In this document: positions 13,500-26,599 of the stretch, piece after piece | Layout of the letters: each line of letters starts with the position of its first letter | Numbering within the stretch: position 1 is the first letter of the stretch | From: Nymphaea colorata | Lineage: Eukaryota | Reading direction: 5' to 3' | Length of the DNA: 64,000 bases | Assembly: GCF_008831285.2 (NCBI RefSeq) | Contig: NC_045138.2 | Location: 42,904,001-42,968,000 of the forward strand | The notes under the pieces: generated by a model | The model's input: the letters and a program-made list of their open reading frames with translations, nothing else | What the model was told of the DNA's origin: nothing | The model's database searches: none | Program-made: the position numbers and the translations under genes

Positions 13500-16400
13500 G
13501 ATCATATTCTTTAGTGCTGGATCTGACTAACCTTCACTTTATTTTTGAACAATTCTATATCAAATTTAGCACAATTGCAGTTTTCCAGTCACTCGTGGAG
13601 TGTCTGTGTCACTAGTAACTTCTGGACTAATTTCTAAGAGATCTTGGAGGTTTATTTTCAATATGAGCACTCCAATAAATTTAGCATCACTCAAAGAGAG
13701 TATCAGTATATTCATTTATCATAAACAAGATTGAATCCCTATTTCCCATTTTATCATTCACGTTTCTATTTATAGGGTCAATTTCAGCATAGTCAAACTT
13801 GGTGTGCACCTAGGACTAAGCCTAGCCCACATCCTAGTGTGGTCAGACTGCCTACTTAGCAGATTCCTATGCTAGATCTAAGCCCAACAAGGGTCATGAA
13901 GGGTCTGAGCCAGCTTGGGATTCAACTCAACCAAGTTCAAACCTAGTTGAACCTATTTGACCTGAGCCCATTTTGACCTGCATCCAACTGATTTAAGACC
14001 CAGACGAAGCCCAGGTCAACCTTCTGAACACTAGTCTAAGCCCACAGGACCCACACTGAGTCTAGTTTGGATGCCCATAACTCAGATCCTTGATTCAGAT
14101 CACAAAGTCAAAATTTAGATTTGCAATTTTCTTTGATTCAAATCCAAATATTAATTTGAAATCTTCAAATCCAAACATGTCAATTCAGAGCTTGATCTAG
14201 ACTTTTTATCCAAGTCCTACCTCCAAATTCTTATTTAGATCTCAATCTCAATCTCTCTAAATCTAGATAGCAATCAAAATCAGTATCTAACTCCAAGGTT
14301 AAGATCCAAATCTGCTAGATGTTGACACATGTCACAATCCTATTGAATCTTCCACTATTAAGGACATGTGTCATAGTTGTATTGGATCTTCCATTCTTAA
14401 GGACACACGTCATCATCTCCCACGCTCCATGGAGGCATATGGCATTTTAGGAGAGATTGAAGGGTCTGCGCGGCACACCCAAGTGGACACTTGTCCATCG
14501 TCTCTCATTCTTTATGGACACCTGATGGTTTCCTATGCACTTATAGTGCATTAGAGTTAGGAGTCTTCTACATTTTGGACTTCCACTCTCATTATAAATA
14601 GGCGGGAGAGGAAGGAACGTTCCATACTTTCTCTAATTTCATGTTCGTTCTAAGGTATGTCATACTATGTTCTCTTTGTTATTTCTTTTGTGTTTTATTG
14701 AATCCTCTCTCTAATTTTGTGTTTTGTCCTAAAGAAATTCATGGAGGCTCTCTATCCCACATCCAAACCTAAGGAGAAACAAGAAAGAAGAAGAAGAAAC
14801 GAAGAAGAAGAAAAAAAAATTTGCAAGGAAGAAAAAGAAGAAGAAGTGAGCTCAAAAAGTCAAGTACATCGTTCTCTCTTTCTTTCTTTTCTTCCTTCCG
14901 TTTTGTTCTTATTTTTTTCTTGTGAATCTCCCATGTTCTCATCCTCTCATCTCTACATTTTCTCTTCTCACCTCCATACGTGTAAAGGAGAAACTATCTT
15001 TATAATCTCCAAGAGAGATTGTAACCCCTTTGTTTTAGTTGTTTTTTTTTTCATATATGTTTGTGTGATTCAAGATTGTTTTCTCTTCAATTCTAGTTTA
15101 AGCATGTTGTATGTGTGATTCATGATTGTTTTATCTTCATGTCCAGTTTAAGCATGTTTAAATTAATGGTTTTCAAGACTTTGGTTTGTTATATTCAAGA
15201 TTTTTACATGTTTTCTAGTTTAAGAGATGTATCTTCTTGAGTTTATGCAAAATTTAGAATTAAAGAACTTCCAAAATTTTTCCCAAACTTCAAAAAGCTA
15301 TATCTTTCTAACTAGAAATCATATTACCAACACATAAAAAGAACATTTTTTTCCTATTGTCTAGTTTGGTTTCTCCAAATTTCATCAAATTCTAAGCTTG
15401 TTTGATCCTGCATTTGGTCATGCTCCCAAAGTCTATTTTCTGCATGTTCTAAGCAACATAAATCAGATCTTGAAATTTTTCTAACTTGTGAACTTTATAA
15501 CTTTTGATCAGGCATTCTGTAAGAACTAAAAGGTAGATCTATGTGTCTAATTTCTCTTCACCAAATTTCAGATAATTCTAAGCTGATTTAATAGTCAATT
15601 AGGTGATTTAGTCGAACTATTTTTCCGCAACTTTCTACAAAATTTCAAATAATCATATTTTTCTCATGCTTCATAATGTCATTATTCTCTTTCTATTTTG
15701 TGTTTTTCGAAATTTTTAATTTCTTTTGATTCTTTTTATGCAGTGAACCTAAAGACCAAATTTTAAGAAAAACCAAGTTGATTTGGTACCCTCTCCTTCG
15801 TTTCAAATGTGGTCAAAGAGTCATGTAGTAAGTTTTGTTTCTGTTATTTCTATTTCTCCTTTAAGTTCATGAAATCTTAATTTTTTATTCAATGCATGTT
15901 TGTCTGACATGTAAAGTTCTATTATTTCTCTGTTATGTAGAGAGTGTACAAACCAATTTTTAGGTCAATCCGAGTTGATTTGGTAGGGTTTTGGTCCAAG
16001 TAAATGTACCTCAGTAACCTGTCTTTCACATTCCGTTTTTTCTAACTTCTGATTCTATCATAGGTTTCTAGCCCTATATCTTTTAGCTCCAAAACAGTTT
16101 TTCAAATATATCACCTGGAATTGATTGAACTATGTTGAGAGAGTCTTCCTACTAAATTTTGTGTAAATCAAAGATAGTTAACCTAATATTTTAGTTCAGC
16201 TACTTAATCATATTATCCTACTTTTCAAACTTGGCCAAATTGTCATGTTTCAGCTTGTTATCCATGGATCAATCTGATTTAGAGTTTAACTTTGATTTCT
16301 CTCCTATTTTAAACCATCTTAACTCCAGTTTAGGGCCTTTAGGATTGCAAATTATAATTCAACATGCCAATTTACATTATTGCTATTATGAACGTCGTAT

Positions 16401-16650
16401 TTTCTTTTGATATTGCAATGCAATATTTGATATTAAAATTTGCATTCCAATTCATGAAGGAATTCAAAGTAGATCAACATGTGCCTTGAGATAATAGACC
16501 TTGCATGTGTATTCTTGATCTAGCTTAGATCTTGCATGGATTTAGTTTTAAAATCATGTATATTATAATTGTTTTGTAATGTTTGGTGTGCATTCATGTA
16601 GTTTGCTTTTATTTGGTATCATGCATTTAAATTTGAACTACGTGATGTGA
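13500..16650 (+). repeat. Fragment of a divergent Ogre-like LTR
   Basis: Same block order as 18285-23603: CTAGCC/GATC-rich tract, TATAAATAGG at 14593, GAA-rich then CT-rich tract, then AT-rich tail. Termini are not visible. Confidence 0.6.
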
Positions 16651-16899
16651 GTCCTCCTTACTAGCTGAGGATCTCTTACACACGACTAGACTCTCAATGG
16701 TCTACATATACAATGCAGTCATCTGAACAATACCACGAAGCAATGAAGACCCAAAGACAAGTACCTACCATCAAGACAATGCTTACCACAAAAGAGGTCT
16801 ATCATGAGCACAAATGTGAAGGTGCAATGCTCAAACAAACCAATAAGAGCGATAGAAGTAGAAAATGAGGATGGGAAGGAGCCTACTCGAGGAGTTGTT

Positions 16900-18272
16900 G
16901 TAGCTGGGATCAGGAAGAATTAGGCTTGACAACTATGAGTCTAGAGTGACAGGCGTTTCCCAAGGCTTTCACATTAAGTTCGTATACTTTGGGTGCTTCT
17001 GCCACTCGAGGAGGTGTATGACCAGTAGTCATGGGAGGCTAGGACATACAAGTCTGTGGATGAGCTGGTTATACGGACTGGCTAGCAGATAGGCTGTGGT
17101 TGAGAGGGCTGCACTTGGGTTGGGCCGAGATGGCAGCAGTAGAGGTTCGACCTAGTGCAAGGGATGGGATCCCATGGATGGCACCACAATGTGGCCTATG
17201 GAAGGGCCAAAGGCTGGGATAGGCTGGAGAGGGATGGACTATTCAATGGGCATTGTCAGCAGCGGCTAGCTAGGAGCCATCGGCCATGCTTGGCAAGCAA
17301 TTGGCCGAAGTTAGCTGAGCGTTGGCTTGATGAGCAGGCTCAGTGGTAGGGACATCCAATAGACTGTGGCCAAAAGTCGAGAGGTGGCAGATGAGATTGT
17401 GGCTAGCTGCCGCTTGCCGCAAAGGTGCAGGCTGGTCCAGGGCCAAGCATGCATGCCCAGCCTAGATTTATCCTCAGTGGGTAGATTTCATTTTGGAGCA
17501 GAGACTAGAGCATGACATTTATCTCCATGGTTCCCCTGCAGCCAGATGGAGCCTAGGACTTGTCTTTTTGATCAGTGGACTAGTCGGGGCATTGGATAAG
17601 CCATATGAGGGACAGATCGGCTTAGAATGGTCGATCCCACAGGAGAGTTCTGCATCTAAGGTGGAGTTGCCTAGCGGTGGCTGAGCGTTCTCCTCGCATG
17701 CTGGCATGGTCCACATCTTGCTCAGAGTTGTGATGGTGGACCTCGCAAGGGTGCCCATGGGCTGTTGGCAGCTGTTGGGATTGAGACAGAGGAAGAGGGA
17801 AGTCACAGTGTCTAGATGGCTGGCTATGGGCGACAGTGATGGTGTAGGATCCATGATAGCCACACCAAACTATAGACCTACGCCTCCTATTGGTCATTTT
17901 GGGCTGAGCAGCACCAAACTAGGGGGTTTTCGGATTTAGATTCCAGCCTAAGGAGATACGAATTGAAGAAGGGGCCGGCGTAATGAGTAGGTGCTTCTGT
18001 GTCGCAGACGCTTAGTTTAGATGGCATCTCAAAAAGACAAGTCTGGCCTATCCCACTTGGAGTCTATGAGGAAAGCATGTGGCCTCCATATGGTAAGGCG
18101 GTGGTGAGCTGGATAAGGTAGGTTGCTTGCTGATCGGGTGTGCCAGGAAGGGAAACTACATATGATCTATACAGCATAGGTGTATTTGGCACATGGGTCC
18201 TGTGCTGATTGGTGCTGACCAGGTGCATGTGCTGGTTGGATTTGGTCTTTTTGACTGAACTGGGTTGCATTT
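16900..18272 (-). mobile_element. GC-rich retroelement-derived block, homologous to 45420-46520
   Basis: Colinear similarity, e.g. GACCAGGTGCATGTGCTGG at ~18217 and ~46466. The homolog adjoins chromovirus INT/chromodomain remnants. Confidence 0.55.
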
Positions 18273-18284
18273 TAGGAAAGCAAT

Positions 18285-21200
18285 TGTAGACACTTTTTTT
18301 TGTTTGCAAAAATGACCATTTTACCCTTCTTAATGAAGATTTTTGGGCTGATTTTCTCAAACATCTTTGAAACACAAAGGCTAGACATCGCATAAACATG
18401 AATTTTATAACCCAAAGGCCTGGTGGCTAGACCAAGATCGCCCAACCTGTCACTAGTAAGGAAAATAACCATTTTGCCACTAAACACCCTATATTTTGCC
18501 CAAGCTTTGTCCAATTTTCATGAAATGGCTCTAGAAATCTCGAGAATTATGATTTACCAATTCAATTATGAAAGTTCTCATATTTGCAAACAACTAGGAG
18601 TTTTCACAATCCATTTTCCATTACATTCGGTCAAATTTAGCTCAAAATGGCCCATTTCTACCATTTTCAGCAATTTGTTCACACCATACCATCTGCTAAT
18701 TTAACAAGCTTCATTTCAAATTATTTTTGGTATCAGCAAACTATTTTCAATGAAACTTCCAATTTGCAGAGACAAATTTTTGTTAGAACCCTTTCATATT
18801 CATTTCAGCTGAAATGAGCTTACTGGCTCAGTGAATCGCATAATTCTCAGCAATGACACCATGTCAGTACTTGTGGAGCTCACGTAAACTTTTCTCAATG
18901 TCTGGAGAGTTTTTTTTGAAGTTATCTTCCACTCTCTCACCATAAATTGAGCTCCAAAGAGTTGTCCTAACATCAAGGTCACTCTCTCTCCTTCATTTTG
19001 AGTGTCTCAATTGAAATTCTCTCAATCTAGGGGTAGTCAGCCTGTTCGAAGCCAGCAACATGTTAGTTAGTGCTACAATTGACTATTTTAAACTCAATTT
19101 GGATTAATTAATTCAAAATCTAGGTCATTTTCTATTTCCACTCATTTCTCCTACATGTCTGGAACTCTCGATGACAACTCAAACTTTTGAGCCAAAATTC
19201 TCATAATCTGGAATTCAAATTGGTGATTCCTCTGTATCAGCATGATCAGAAATATCTCAACAGAGAATTGTCAACTTCAGTTTGGATAGATTATCTCCAG
19301 ATCATACAAATTCTCATTGCCATGGGGTGCACTATCTTGTCTAAATCTGGCCATTATTACTTGTGGCTTTAGAGCTAAATTTTGATCAATCTGGGATTTT
19401 GATTTTTTAATCTGAGCACACTAATGGATTCAATGTCACTGGAAGAGACAACCAGTGCATCTATTTCTCACAAATAAATTGAAAATCACTATATCCCATT
19501 TTGGGAAACACATTTTTTCTTTCAACTTGGTCAATTTTGAAACTGGTGATTTTCCAAGGGTAAATCAAGTAATTTTCCATGAATGTCATGTGATCACATA
19601 TTTTTACATTGTCTATGATCTTGCATGGGCTGATGTAGACCCCTGACTCACAAAACCTAGTTTTTGTGTCGGGAGCAAAATTATCTTTTGTTTAAATGTG
19701 CATCATTTTCATATTTTCCTAAGATAGGAACCATATAAATCTAACTTAAATGTTTCATATCTCAAACTTGAGCCAGTATAACTCACGTGAGTATGAACCT
19801 ACCTTGAACCTAGCCTGAAATCAATCAGGTCAACTTGACCTAAAACTAAACGCAGTTGACCCTGAGTCTAGTCTGGACTGGCATCCAACTTAGCTCAGAC
19901 TTAGAGCAAGCCCAAGTCAACATCCTAGCACTGAGGTTGAACCCTTTGAACCCAGGCTAAGCCGAGATCCTGCATCTAGATCACAGATCCTAAATTTAAA
20001 GTCCAAATCTGCAATCTGTGTTTGTAATCTGCATTGTTTCAGATCTGAATCTCAGATCTGATATCCAAAATAACTTTTCTTGACTCAGAGCAAGATCTAT
20101 ACCACAAATCTAAATCCAAAATCCAAATCCATGCTCAATCCAAAATTTTGAGTTGATCGATCTTGAACGAGATCGATCTTGGCCATCCGTCTTAGGGCCA
20201 GGGAGGGTTTTTCATCATTTTCAAAAGGAGAGTGCAAGGAGTGCCACCCTCACTCCTGTTTTATTGGAGATTTTGCTAAAAAATGAATATTATTTGATAA
20301 AATGTAGACCCTTGATCAGATTTTGAGCAAATCACAACCGTGGATCTATTGACACCTCAACAATCCATGTTTTTCAGTTTTTTTAATTTCTAATTGGCTG
20401 GAGTTCACTAAAATCTAGCCAAAATCAAATATAAATAGGGGTGGGGTCATCCAATCCTTCATTTCCCTCTTTTGGCATGTTTCCCAAGGTGTCTCTCCTT
20501 AAACTCTTTTATTTTACTTAGGTTCTTTTCATGCATTTACTAATTAGATTTCCTTTTTTTTGGCACATTTTTGAGGGGTTCTCCAAGGGTTTGGACATGG
20601 ACTAGCAAGGAGAAACAAGAGAAGAAGAGGAAAAGAGGAAGAAGAAAAGAAGAAGAAGAAAAGGAGAGAAAAGTAGAAAAAGGTACGTTTCCATCTCTTT
20701 TTCTTTCTCTCTCTCTCTCTCTCTCTATCTCTCAAGGATTTCATGTAGGCTTCATTGTCCTTCTTCCACGTCCTCTTTAGTTTCCTATTTTTCTTATGTA
20801 AATCACAATGCACATATTCATGTATGCGGTTTTCTATTTTCATGCATACATATTTGCTTTGCTTGATTTAATTCATGTTTAGTTGATTTATATGCTTATA
20901 TGTTATTTTATTTACTTTACTTTTGGTTCCAAATAAGTAGTTGATTGATTTACATGATTACTATGGCCACATTTAGAGATTTTCATCAAAATCTAGTTTA
21001 CGAGATGTTAAATTTCAAGTTAGGAGGAAATTTGACTGTTGACATGAGACTGATTTTCACCCAACTTTAAATGACTATATCCCCAAACCAGATATCATTT
21101 TTGCAATTAAAAGAAACCAGTTTTGTGTGTCCAGTTTGTGTCTATCAATTTTTATGCATTTCCATTGTAATTTGACCTTTCAATCACGTTGATTTCTACA

Positions 21201-23603
21201 ACTGGTTTTTCTGTTTTAGATTTCTAACGGGACTAAATCCTGATTTTTTTTTAGATTAATCAACTTATTTCTCTCAATCCATGGATCCAAAAAGTTCATG
21301 CAATTTTATGTTGATTTGACCCCTCAATTAAATGTTTGGTCATATCTGTCTTCTACAACTTTTTGCAATAGAAAAGAAAATGTCTACTCAACTTTGCACA
21401 AGTTATTTTTTGTATAGTGACTCTTTTCAAGTGCTTTTAGGTTCCTTAGTTTCTCTGTCATGTTTTGAGTCTAGCCTTAAAGTTTCAGCAAAAACCAAGT
21501 CTTTTACCCCTTTTGAATATGATCATAAAGTTGAGTGATTGAACAATTCACTACAAAGAAATAGATTTTTTTTGTAAATTTGCCTGTTTCTCATTTTAAT
21601 GTCTGAAGTTATTTTTCAAATCTATAAGTTATCGATCAAAATTCAGATAAAGATGAGCTTTCTAATCCTACTTTACAACTTTTTGAAGTTTGTGCATAAA
21701 CTATTTTAATAACTTAGTCTTTTCTATAGAATTCATATTTTTCAAGTTACCCATCAACTTGCTAGATGCACAACTCTCTCATCTATCAATCTTTTCTCAT
21801 GATTTTGAATTTTGTAGATTCTCTAATATACAAAGATATGGAATTTTACATTAATCCATGTAGATTTGACATGTTTTTCACATTGACAAAGTTCATGAGT
21901 TGAACTATTTTTTTTGTTTTTCTATAAATAACTATAGATTTGCGAGTTCATGTCTTTTTACCCATAGAAACTTTGTTCAAAAATTCAAATGTCATTGAAA
22001 ACTAGATATACAGAGAGTGAATATACCAAGTTTCGTGATCGTTGAATCATTAAATTAACTTTTGCACTCGTGCAACATAAGTTGTTAAATTGTTTTACTA
22101 CTTTCTAGTAGTCAAATTTTAGAGGCTGTCTACAAGTTTGTTGTTTTTGTAACAACTTTGCAAATGATGAACTTTTTCTTCTTTTATTCTTTTTTGGTTC
22201 TATAAGGTCTTGGTAATTTTCTGTTATGTAGAGAATCTACAGTCCAAATGTCAAGTCAAACCAATTTGTCATGATATATTTTGAGTTGTGCAAACTATTT
22301 TATGCTCTGTTTTAAGTAGAAAATATGTTTTTTGTTCCAGTTTTACTGCTTAAGATCTTTTTGTTGAAAAAAGAATAGATTTAGGGTTCATTAACCTACT
22401 TTTTAAGAACAATCATAGTTGTAAAGAATAATTTTCACTTTTTTTGGACAACCAAAATTTAATGTTTTCCACCTTGTTAAGGATTTTCTATTTGATTTTT
22501 TATTTTTTAATTGTTAGCATCAAACCTACCTAAAACCTTAGTTTTTTCTCAATATGTCAACCAAGGCATGGTATCGAGTCCACAACCACGTATGTAGACC
22601 TAACCTACGACAAAACCCTAGTTAGGTTAAACCTAAAGTTTAGTTAGGTTAAGACAAAACTTTAGAGAGGTTAAACTCAAATCCGAATTAGGCTGGACAT
22701 GTGGATCTTGGAGGAATTGGATTTACATATTGCGTTTGATATCTAATACAAGATTATATTTTAATTTGACAAAGTGGATATGATTTGCATCAATGAAATT
22801 GGATTGTTGAATCTAGATCATATGAGAATTGAATTCTAGATTTGGACTTTATATAAACATTTTTTGGATTTGAATCTCATGTAATTCAGATCAAGATTTT
22901 TGACCTTCATCCAAAACCCTAAATCTCTAAACCGTGTGATTGAATCATTAAATTTCATTTTGGATTTGGATCATGAACTTTGAATCAAGAGTAATTTATG
23001 AATTGGATCAACTATTAGCTAAGATTTCAATTCGAAGCCTATTTTGGACAACCCTATGTCCAAATTATGCATATGGATCAATCACTAGATATTTGGATCA
23101 TCTTTAGTTGATAAACTCGGATTGAACTTTGAATTTATGTTTTCATAGGCCCATGTCCTAAACTTAGAAACCAGAGCTCGATCATGTATTGAATCTAGTT
23201 TTGCATATATTCATGTTAGATCTAGGAATTAACCCTTGCATGGATCTGTGATGACACAGATCATGAACTATGTCACTTGATTCAAACATTTTAAGTTCAT
23301 GCTCTCCAATATCTGACGATCCACATAGTTTTCTAAAATTCATCTATTCCAAATTCAGGACTCCTCTTGCACTTTGGCTTGATGACAATCACATTTGGGA
23401 CCTTAAATACTTATCTAGCCTTCAATCTGATTACCCTTATTAAAAGCGGCAGGAACAGTAAGATCTCTTGCCGACAAGTTGAGTCCTATCTCTCATGGAT
23501 TCCTGCAGTCAGAATATGAAGGCGAGTAAATATTTGATATTTTTTGAACATCCCATATCAAGGGTCATGATGTGCAAGATTGCAAAATTTTTCATAGTCA
23601 ACA
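18285..23603 (+). repeat. 5' LTR (~5.3 kb)
   Basis: Starts TGTAGACAC and ends ...CATAGTCAACA, followed by GAAG-TGGCATCC; TATAAATA at 20430; direct repeat of 38579-44465 (roughly 85% by eye in a sampled block). Confidence 0.85.
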
Positions 23604-24449
23604 GAAGTGGCATCCTACCTCTAGAGTCACTCAGGAGCATTTAACACTTAGAATTGACAACAAATTATCATGTTCACATAGATTTAGATTAAGTACAACC
23701 CTTAATTTAGGAGTTGATTGACAACAATGTTTGCTCTCTTATGATTTTAATTTCCATCTTAGGCCCCATTGCAACTTGCTCCCAACAGCTCACTGACCAA
23801 GATTGGATTTCTATAAAAAATGGTGGGGCTTTATTGGAGAGATCCAATGGTGCGTTTTAGCATGTGTTCATACTTTAAAACCACCCTTGACCTATGCAAT
23901 GCCCTGGTCTACATGCCACAATACTTTCCCATTTAAGAAACAACTTTGAGAGGTTCAGTGGCCTGATGAACTTGCTGGAGGATAGTATTGGCCCTTCCCT
24001 TACCACATACTTGTAGCAAACAACCCTGTATATTTGTAAGGACCCAATCAGAATAGGAAATACCAACCTACAGAACCCATGAAGGAGTCTATGCCACTTA
24101 CATTAGATTTATCCAAGTATGTCTACGAACCATATTATAAAGCTGTTAATGATTATGGAAAACCTTAGAAAATCTAGTGTGGATGTTCAAGTCCATTACC
24201 AAAACAATCATGTTAGAACCGTGTCTTTAGGGAGTGCTATATTGAATAGGTATTTAACTTTGTTTGATACTTGTTTGATGAATGCATATTTCATGAAGTT
24301 TCTAAAAAACTACACATGGCTCTCAGAATGTTCCCCAACGTCTAGAATTTCAAAATTCAATCATTCCAGTACTTAGAATTTATCTTGGTTTATTCTGAGC
24401 TAAACATGTCCATCATTTTTTTAACCTCTTTATTGGCCCGCTCAGGTAG

Positions 24450-25680
24450 AACCAATCACTTTTAGTCCAGTTTGACCATCTCAAGATCTTGATCAAATTT
24501 TCTATCTTGACCCACAGTCTTTTGTCTTTTAGTCACCATGTCCGGACACATTCCCAACATCACATTGTACATTACATCCTACAAGGAGACCTAGACATCA
24601 TGATCTTCCCCTCGAATGTCCCCACCCTAGGATGGTATTCAGATTGGTCGAAATAGTTCTTGATAGCCTACTTCAGATATCTTGATGATTATAGATTAGA
24701 GACAGTTGCTCTTGCAAACAAGGAGGTGAATGACCGTTGATTCAGGCACAAGATAAGAGATGGTTACACGAGAACATTTTGGTTCTCATGGAGAGAGACT
24801 GCGTCACTCACAGGCAAGTTCTTCGATACCATCGACCTCCTCCACCCGGTGGGTGACATTAGAGCCCTAGTGGACAGTCAGTTCTGAGTTAAAGGGTGGT
24901 CAACTACAAGGAGCTACTTCATAGACTCACTAGATTTAGAACGTGGAACTTGAAGTTAGAAAATAGGAGTTTGCATATTCAGCTCGTGAACATCCACACC
25001 CACTTAGGAGTACCATAGAGCAGATGTTGGCCCGACTAAAGTCCACAAACACGTGAGGACCCAGAAGGCTATGCTTTTGTGCACCGTTAGATTGCTCATT
25101 TTTACCAACAGATAGGGTATGATGGACATTCACATAGTACAACTATTTCGGTTGTGGGGAGACCTACCATATCATGACCTTGCCGATAGCCATGGTGGGA
25201 CTTGCCTTTTTTTTTTTCTACAGAAGACTCAATAGAGGGATGCACTTGGTTCTTGTAGGAGTAGTTTTTATTGGCACACAATTCCAGAGGGGTGAGATTT
25301 CATGTCATATAATGATTACACTTTTTCTTTAGATGCATATCGTCAACTGCTAGATGACATGATTGAAGAGCAAGTTGTTTGGGACTTCGGTGATCAGGCG
25401 GTGCACTTGGCCAAGTATACTTATAGCGAGTGTACACCAATATTTATTCAGTATTGCATCCTACCTTATCACCTAGAGAGATGCATATAGCCCAGTTCTC
25501 AAGAATATGGTTGACTTTTTTTGATGTTCCAAAAAAAGATCCCACAATCATTGATCAGCTACACCTATGCAATGCACAAATGACCTTCTTCAACTCTATT
25601 TTTTCTCTGCACACTCTCAATTGCGAGGTGGAACACTCACACATTGGAGCATTGACTTCAACATTTTTGTCAACTTAAAA
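24450..25680 (+). pseudogene. PMD extra ORF (ORF1-like) downstream of the 5' LTR
   Basis: TRTFWFSWRET (~24770), AYRQLLDDMIEEQVVWD and ILPYHLERCI (ORF 25302-25490), matching PMD motifs YRxxLDxL...VxW and PYxPER. Confidence 0.7.
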
Positions 25681-26599
25681 AAGATAATTATCGATGAAGT
25701 TGAAGAAGTATCTGTTGAGGCCATCTAAAGCTTGTTGCAGCACTGTGAGTCCCTGAAGCTGAAGAGATTGTACATGGCAGAAAATCACAGAGCTAAGCTA
25801 TAAACAGTTTCCATCATGAGTCCCAGCATGAAAGAGTTAAAGATCATCAAATGCAATGGATCACTATTGAAAAAGTGCCAACTCTAGGTCCCAAACTTTT
25901 AGGTGTTTTAATTTCATACTAAAATAGCAGGCTTCAATATGCAAGACCCACAACACTACCTTGAGAAGGTGACCATCCTGATCAAAAAATAGTATGGAGA
26001 GAACCATGACTTCAAAAGCTAATTAAACCAGTTCGACACTACTAGAGATCTGCATTTGGGATTTTCTTCACTCTATACAAGTTCTTCCCTCACTGTGATG
26101 GAAAGTCCAATCACATTAAAACCATAGCTGAAGAAATCGTAAAGAAGGCTCCATGTCTCAAAGACTATGATGCATGTCATTAGTTTATTCTTTGAACTAA
26201 TGAAGAGCACGAGTGACTATGGGAAAGCCTTCTTCTAGCAGAATTCATGTGATTTTATAAGATAAGCAATTAATTGTTCTCCTCATATGGTTGGGACATT
26301 GGGGATCCTCTCCTTTCTTTTCCAGTGACCAATAAAGAAGTGATTTTGTTTTGCCTTGAAAGTTGTATTCTCCCGCTTGTGCATTTGCTACCGCATTACT
26401 ACTACATTTTCTCACAATTAATGTTTTTGTAGGGCCAATATGGCATGAAATTCTGTCCACATGCTAATAATTAATTCTGCAATATTCCAATAGCAACAAA
26501 AGACAACAAGAGCTCAAGAGATTCAAGAACACAAGCGTGATGAATCAAGAGAGATAATGAAACCATAATTAGAGCTAGCTAAATTAGCACAACTTCAGA

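Noticed and set aside
14717..15118. Lys/Glu-rich then Phe/Ser-rich ORFs (also 20544-20843, 40644-40952)
   Set aside because: These are translations of GAA- and CT-rich low-complexity LTR tracts, not conserved in frame between LTR copies.
23415..23487. Twister-ribozyme resemblance (TAAAAGCGGCAGG) in the conserved LTR motif
   Set aside because: It lacks the GGUCCCAAGCCC-type core and pseudoknot partners; kept only as a generic conserved motif.
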